A stretch of 64,000 bases of DNA from Chrysomallon squamiferum (taxonomy: Eukaryota > Animalia > Mollusca). A model generated the notes under the pieces. It made no database searches. It worked only from the letters and a program-made list of their open reading frames with translations, and was not told where the DNA came from. The stretch covers positions 33,852,001 through 33,916,000 of the forward strand of contig CM022671.1 of the NCBI GenBank assembly GCA_012295275.1. Direction: 5' to 3'. Position numbers and translations under genes: made by a program. This document shows, piece by piece, positions 50,665 to 64,000 of the stretch; within the stretch, counting starts at the first letter, position 1, and every line of letters begins with the position of its first letter.

Positions 50665-52269
50665 TAGTACTACAGATTCTCCTTAATTCCACTTTCTTTT
50701 TGTGGTGTTGTTGGTGGGGTTTTTTTTGTTGGTTTTTTTCGAAATATATATCTTATAATTAAGAAAACAAAACCATTAATAAAGAAAATTTTAATAAATT
50801 AAAATGTATGTGTGTTCTTGTGTTCTGTATTGTGTATTTGTGTGTCTGTATATGTGTATATATGTTCGTGCACATAATTATTTGTGTGCATTCGTCGGTG
50901 TACATATGAGTGAGTGTGTGTGTGTATAGGTGTGTACTTATGTATGCGTGCGTGTTAAATATGACTGACTGTATTATGCTTGTTCTGATAAAAAAAAAAA
51001 AAAAAAAACGCACGAACTGTCAAAGTAAAATTTGTTCTCAAACAATTTCACACTCATACCAGGTGGTTTTAGCTCGGGAGCAGATATGTCAGTACTGAAA
51101 CAATGTTGCGCGTTCACTCAGATACACTGTCGTCTGATTTAATTTTAATTTTGCGATCTGACTCTATACCTCCGTATTGAAAACTCCTGTCAGTGTACGT
51201 GAGTTGTAGAAATATTGTGTCGTCTGCAACTGGATCAATAGTATCTCCTGTCGCCACGGTTAGCGCTTAATCCCGAGTTGGCAGATAATGAATATTAATA
51301 ATTAAACTAAAGAGGACATATTCCTGAGAAAGAAAAAAAAAAGTAACCCCGAGAAGGGCTATATTGTTTATTTTCACATTTGACAAGATGCTAAGGTTAA
51401 ATTACGCTACACTGATTGTTGTTAATCTTTGTGGATGTATTTGTGTGTGTGTGTGTGTGTGTGTGTTTGTTTGTGTGTTTGTGTTTGTCTGCGTTTGCGT
51501 GCGTGCGTGCGTGCGTGTGTTAGTCTGTGTGTCATTCGTTCAAAATGGTCGTTATAAACGTAGCCTGCTGTGTTCTGGATGGACGTAATTACTTCGTGTA
51601 CAAACTATTCACCCATTCGTATCTCTACTCGGCAGTAACACTGTTAGGTAGACAGTAGTAGCAGTAATTGTTTTAGTAGTAGTAGTAGTAGTAGTAGCAC
51701 TGATGGCGTTGAGCTCGTGATAGTAGTAGTAATAAAAGTATAGTCGTAGTAGCTGTTACAATCTTATGTTGTTGAGATGGTAGTGGTAGTTGTCATAATA
51801 ATAGCAGTAGCAGCAGTGGTAGTAGCAACAGCAACAGTAGATGTAGCAGTAGTAGTGCTCTAGTAGTTTTTGCTGCTGCTGGAGTGATGGTCTGTGATGG
51901 TGCTGATGGTACTGGCGTCGTCCCATACAATAACTGAAGAATCAGTTAAAATGTGAAGAGTTCATCCGTGTTAGAATCAATGTAAGCTGTAGCCGCTCAA
52001 AGCGTCGACAGCTTAAACGCCCATATCTGTCAGAAAAACACACTGAAAACGTCAACGCCATTTAGCACTGTGCTGTTTTGTATGCAGTCTGTTTCGATCA
52101 GTTCGTGAATTTGGGCGAATTTTAATCGGACGCTGCAAGTTTTCTACTAAATGAAATTTTCTTTTCTTTGCCTGTTGCGAGCGATAAATAAATAACTAGA
52201 GGGCAGTTGTGTCTCAAGGTCCGTGTGTGCGTGCGTGCGTTTGTGAGTTTATATTGGTATGTATGTGTG

Positions 52270-52324
<55 letters not shown>

Positions 52325-53203
52325 GTATGTATTATGTGTGCTTATATGTTTTTGGTGTACACGTGTATATTAGTATATGTTTTTATGCAGGTAGATATGT
52401 GTGTATGAAAGTATATATATATTTGTCTGTACGTCTTCTAATTATCTAAATAACTTGGTTTATTTATTTATTTATTTATTTATTCATTTGTTACTGATCT
52501 ATGCAACAATAAAAAATAAAAACTTGACTAAAATTACAATATTATCAACAAAAAAACAACAAAAAAAGTTCTGCTTTCTGTCGCATATATGAAACAGTGG
52601 TAATTAGATGCAGTCACATCATGTAAATATTGTATTGCATATTAGCGGACAACAACAACAGCAGTCCGTTCGTAGCCGTATAAATATTTATTTTTATATT
52701 TCTGAACATTATTTCGTTTAACTGCCAAATCATTATATAAACATATGGAAAAGAGTTACTATAAGCTGTAAAATAATTTTGAACGAAAGTTAAACGAAAT
52801 AATTAAAATGTGTGTTCACTTTTTGAAAATGATGCACTCATATGTTTTTACCGTCTGATGGTCAATATGTCCCCCCCCCTTCACTCCAAACGAGTAAATG
52901 TAATGCTTAAATGTTTACTCTTTTTTTTTTCTTTTTCTTTCAGAGTTTATAGATTACGGCAGTCAAATGTTATTTGTCTCCCGCCACCCTACTGAACCAG
53001 TGAGTCAAATGTTTAGATTTTAATATTCGTTCCCATTCCAGTGATTTCTTGAACCGCCCCTAATCGGTCTGTTGGCATCACCAGGCTAGAAGGAAAACAG
53101 TTTAACACCCATGGATACTGAAGATCGGCTCGTTACAATCTGAGAGCAGACGACTTCAGCGCGACCAGATTTAAACCGACAGTAAAAAATAATTAAACCT
53201 TAC

Positions 53204-53430
53204 CTTCGTTGCACGTTCAGTTGAAAAGAATCATTTTTCATTCCTGCCGTCTTCTTTTGAATCTTGGAGTACGAATTCGTCCGTAATAATAATTCTAATA
53301 ACAGCACGATATGACAGATTTCGAAATCTTCTGATCGATAAGGGAAGCAGAGCTCGAGAGACGAAATCGATTGGCAACCATATATCGGTCACGTGACGTC
53401 TCTCGAGGAATTTCGTGGCCTCGTGTTGAA
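53204..53430 (-). promoter_or_regulatory. Putative promoter and non-coding first exon of GT61-B
   Basis: CpG-rich patch. Palindrome GTCACGTGAC at 53388-53397 overlaps TGACGTC; CCAAT (minus) at 53370-53374. Strong minus-strand donor AAG|GTAAGG at 53204 and an acceptor upstream of the CDS at ~48841. Confidence 0.5.
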
Positions 53431-53726
53431 TATTAGATGATTTTTTTTTTTTTTTTCTCAGGCCAAGAAATCGCTATATACAATTTTAAAGCAGTATTTT
53501 TAATTCTTTTAATTCTTTTAATTTTTTTAATTTTTAATTTTTTATTATGGGAGTGGCAAGCTTTGATAAGTCAAAATGAACGGCAGTTGTTGTTACTAAG
53601 AAACTATTCAATAGTTATTTTCGATAACATGATTAAGAAGCATTAGCAGACTTGGTTGTTGATTCAAATTAGGGAAAGAAAGTGCTGTAAAAATTCTAGC
53701 CAAGAAATAACAAATCACAAATAATG

Positions 53727-53774
<48 letters not shown>

Positions 53775-54818
53775 TGTTGTTGTTGTTGTTGTTGTTGCTG
53801 CTACTGGTGCTGCTACTACTGATGCTGTTATTATTTTATCGTCGTCATCATCATCATTATACGTATATAAATAGATAAATAGATAGATAGATTATTTATT
53901 TATGTTTTATTTTTTATTTCAGTTATTTTTCTATTTATTTATTTTACTTACTTCTAATTTTTTTGTTGTTGTTGTTAATATCTTTCATTTTTTATATTTT
54001 TTTCTTTACTATAATGATTCTTTAAAGAATGAATCATTATTAATGTAATGGTGTGGTTGAGTAATGATGTGAGCAGGAGTGCTTCTGAACAAGCTGATAT
54101 GTTGTTACACCGTGTTTAAAGTGGAGGTTACGTGTAAAAATAAAAGTAAAAGTTTTAAAGGAAAGAAGTAAATATTATAATAATTTCAATTGCTTATTAC
54201 GTGATTTCTTATTTTATCTAATTTTATATATCTATCGATCTGTCTACTTATCTGCCTATCTGTCTGTCTGTCTGTCTGTTTGTTTTTCTATTTATCTTAC
54301 TAGCTATTTACCTATCTGTCTGTCTATGTTTCTATTTTTCTGTCTATCTATCTATATATCTATCTATCTATCTATCTAGCTAACCACCTATCTGTCTGTA
54401 TGGATGCCTGTCTGCCTGTCTATCTAATTGTCTGTCTTTTTGTCTAGTTGTCTGTCTATCTATCTGTCTATTAATATATAGTATTTTATTTGATTGCCTT
54501 TGTGATTTAATGTATTCCCAAACAAAGTCAAATAAATAAATACATACAGTTTAGCCACAATTTCGTTTTGAAATAAAACACGTCTCCCTATTTTCATGTT
54601 ATTATTCTAAAAGCAGATGTAGTGTGGTACAAGTACTTATTCATTCATTCATTTATTCATGTTTTTTCATTTGTTTATCAATTGATTTATTCATTAATTT
54701 AATCAATTATTTATTCATTTATTCACGTATTATGTTCCTGTTATTCTTAAATGATTTACCTTAATATACTGACAGATTTCAAAGTGAGGCAATAAAATCG
54801 ATTAAAAGAAAAAAAATC

Positions 54819-54870
<52 letters not shown>

Positions 54871-55372
54871 GAATATATAAACAAATAAACAAATAAACAA
54901 ACAAACAAACAAACAAACACGTCTTGTATCAGTTTGCGTACGGCTATTTTGATTTATTCAAGAAAATTTACTTGGATTATAGATCTGCGATCGAACATAC
55001 CTGTAACTGAATACACACTCCAGGTGAGCTTCTCCTTTCAGACAGACAGACAGAATGATAGTCAGACAGACACTCAGAGAGACAGACAAAAAACACCCAC
55101 AGAAACATACCTACATACAGACCTTCAGACAGGCAATCAGGCCATAGAGAAAAATACAGAAAGATAAACAAACAACAGATAGACACACGGACAGAAAGAG
55201 TAGAATACAGACACAGAGAGAGACTGACGGACATATGTGGACAGATGGATAGATGAATGGATACACACACATATATACATAAACAAATGCGTATATATAT
55301 ATATATGGTTTACATTTTACGATTATCTGACTGGTACTTACATACATACATACATAATATATAAATAAATAA

Positions 55373-55403
<31 letters not shown>

Positions 55404-56016
55404 TACATACATACATACATGCATACATACATACATACATACATACATACATACATACATACAAACACACACACATAAATATATAATCTAGATAGACGGA
55501 CAGACAACACAGAGAGACAAACGAGAGACAGATATATATAGTAGATACATGAATAAGTTTGAAAATAAACAGATGAGCTGAAAATATCAATTCAAATCTC
55601 GGGAGATATTTTTCCTGAGCACGCGACTGTGAAACCTGATCAGGAAATTACTCTTTGCTTTAAAACGTTGACAAAATCAACTCTGTGTCTACAGTTGCAA
55701 TTAGACCTGTGCAGTATAGTCAAATCCAGTCTATGTGACAAACTTCGGAGCATTCAAAAGAATAGTCGACAGCTCTAATTAGTGAACCGAGAGGTCTGGG
55801 CAAAGACTTTATTCTGGTTTTGTATTTTGACCACGTCATAAAATATTATAATAAGTCCTACTACAAATGTTGCTTTGACATAGTTTACAAGCCGATGCTA
55901 ATAAGATTCAGGTCAATGAACCGATGTTTTAGCTTCAAACAATAACAACAACAACAACAGCAGCAGCAGCAACGATAATACATGTATGGAATGAAGATTT
56001 AAACAAGCCTGTCTTC

Positions 56017-56345
56017 TTCACATTTTCAGTGATATTCTGACCGGTTCACATTTTCAGAGATATTTTGACTGGTTCATATTTTCAGTGATATTCTGACTGG
56101 TTTCACATTTTCAGAGATATTCTGACTGGTTTCACATTTTCAGAGATATTCTGACTGGTTTCACATTTTCAGAGATATTCTGACTGGTTTCACATTTTCA
56201 GTGATATTCTGACTGGTTTCACATTTTCAATGATATTCTCACTGGTTTCACATTTTCTGTGATATTCTCACTGGTTTCACGTTTTCGGTGTTATTCTGAC
56301 TGGCTTCACATTTTCAGAGATAATCGTGCTTATTCACATTTTCCA
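56017..56345. repeat. 29-bp minisatellite, about 11 copies
   Basis: The unit TTCACATTTTCAGWGATATTCTGACTGGT is repeated head-to-tail without spacers. Confidence 0.9.
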
Positions 56346-56795
56346 TGACGAGTATGTTATTTAAAAACCCATATTTCAAAATGGCTAAAACTTAAATTCG
56401 TGACTAAACGCAGTCTCATGTGCGCAGAATGTCGTTCATGGTTGCACTCCAGCTTTTCAGCGAAACAACCACGACAACTTATACGACGTCACTGCGGCAG
56501 TGTACGACGTCTTCCTCACGACGACGCTACCTCTCCATTAAATGTGTCGATCATCGACGCTCACCCTAAAAACGACTTAGATAGGGACTGGTCGGACGTC
56601 TGCGGCAACATCACCCACGTCAGACGTTTAACTGGAAGGATGATGTTCTCCAACGTGATTTGGAACATTCCAGAAACTCACATCATTCTGCTGCAGCCGG
56701 ATAATAATTACCTCCCTTTAGCTGAAACATTCCGAAAGTGTATCTTGTCGAGTTACATTTGTTTAAGAAAAACTGTAAAAGTTACATTATATTAG
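56320..56795 (+). pseudogene. Decayed fragment of a third, divergent GT61/XylT-like gene
   Basis: NVSIIDAHPKNDLDRDWSDV...MMFSNVIWNIPE...YLPLAETFRKCILSSY aligns with TILWIDAHPYGTLDPVWQTL...VLFENMVWNVMG...FVPYLEEFREFFLTRH of copies A and B. Upstream HDEYVI* resembles RYEYVN. No intact start or HGAG motif. Confidence 0.7.
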
Positions 56796-57083
56796 GACGT
56801 ATCATTAAGTCATAATACAGAATAAATTGATAAACACTGCAATAAGCAGCGAAAGACAAACAAGGAATAACAGGAGTCTTGACACACTTAACGTCATCAT
56901 CTTGGAACTACGTCTGGAATCCTTCAGTTCAGAGCTTAGAGAGATGCTTGAAGATCCACCCTCCTCACTTCTCTTCTCAGGAACATTTCCCATTCAGTGA
57001 ATTGTCTCCAAACAAAGTTTGAGTTGGATCTCAATTAAGTCATTTATGATTCAGTCTACTGGCTTAATGTGTATAATATTTTA

Positions 57084-57156
<73 letters not shown>

Positions 57157-57288
57157 ATTACCGACTTCTTGGATGCACATTTCAAATATCAAAGATTAAT
57201 TTCGTCAATACTTTATTAGTGTTTTTCTTTTGTGTTGTTTTTATATATATATATATATACATATATGAGTGTGCATTCGTGTTTTTTT

Positions 57289-57323
<35 letters not shown>

Positions 57324-57837
57324 TTGTGTGTGTGTGTTTAGGATATTTCCCCCACTTAATTTCACGAAGAAAATAACGTTTATAAAAATTACTTTGTTGT
57401 TCAGCAGTGCAGCCTGCGTGACTTTCAAAAGAGGCTAAAAATGTTGATTACGTATCACCCCGAGAATTCAGAAGGCTTGACTGTAGATTTAATTTGGACA
57501 TCATCTCAGAAAAGTTTTATTAACTGTAGTACTCAAAAATTGTGCATCACTCAAATTTGCTACTGTATGTTGAAGAACATGGGGGGGGGATACAAAAACT
57601 ATGTTTTGTAAATACTCACAGCAATTGTTAGTCAGCGGAACATGAGACAATGAGTAATCAAATTAATACAGGTTGACTGCGTGATGACACTGTCGAATGA
57701 CTTTTCAAAGACCAGCGTCGCTAAGAAACTCTGGCATATAGGTGCATTTTTATCTTTCTTTTAAAATAAGTTACCTGTGAACTGAAGAGTTCTGTTTTGT
57801 GGTTTCTGTTTTTAAAACAAACACGAGAGACGTGAAG

Positions 57838-64000
<6,163 letters not shown>

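Noticed and set aside
56017-56345. CRISPR-like array (29-bp partly palindromic repeats)
   Set aside because: Units are contiguous with no unique spacers, there are no cas genes, and the context is eukaryotic. It is a minisatellite.

Overview
AT-rich, microsatellite-dense animal genomic DNA. It is probably from a mollusc or gastropod, an inference from a Nin-type SINE, mosaic CpG depletion and plant-type xylosyltransferase homologues. I assembled four spliced genes by hand from GT-AG sites and reading phases: DALRD3 (13748-20545, +), an uncharacterised ~1500-aa largely disordered protein (21306-29761, -), CDK20/CCRK (33380-40018, +) and a DOS-less Delta-like (DSL) Notch ligand (57838 to past 64000, +). 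The most unusual part is a family of intronless GT61 glycosyltransferases resembling plant core beta-1,2-xylosyltransferase. Two intact copies sit in inverted orientation 37 kb apart (8337-9857 +, 47162-48628 -). They share a sharply bounded ~810-bp tract at ~97% identity over the catalytic half, while their N-terminal halves are only ~45% identical. An upstream 'empty' duplicate of the first locus (3527-4715) lacks the coding exon, and its junction coincides with the end of that tract. A third decayed fragment (~56320-56795) lies next to a 29-bp minisatellite. The window also holds a deleted MULE with a nested MITE, two tRNA-derived SINEs, several tandem duplications and a foldback. All identities are hand estimates; no database search was run.
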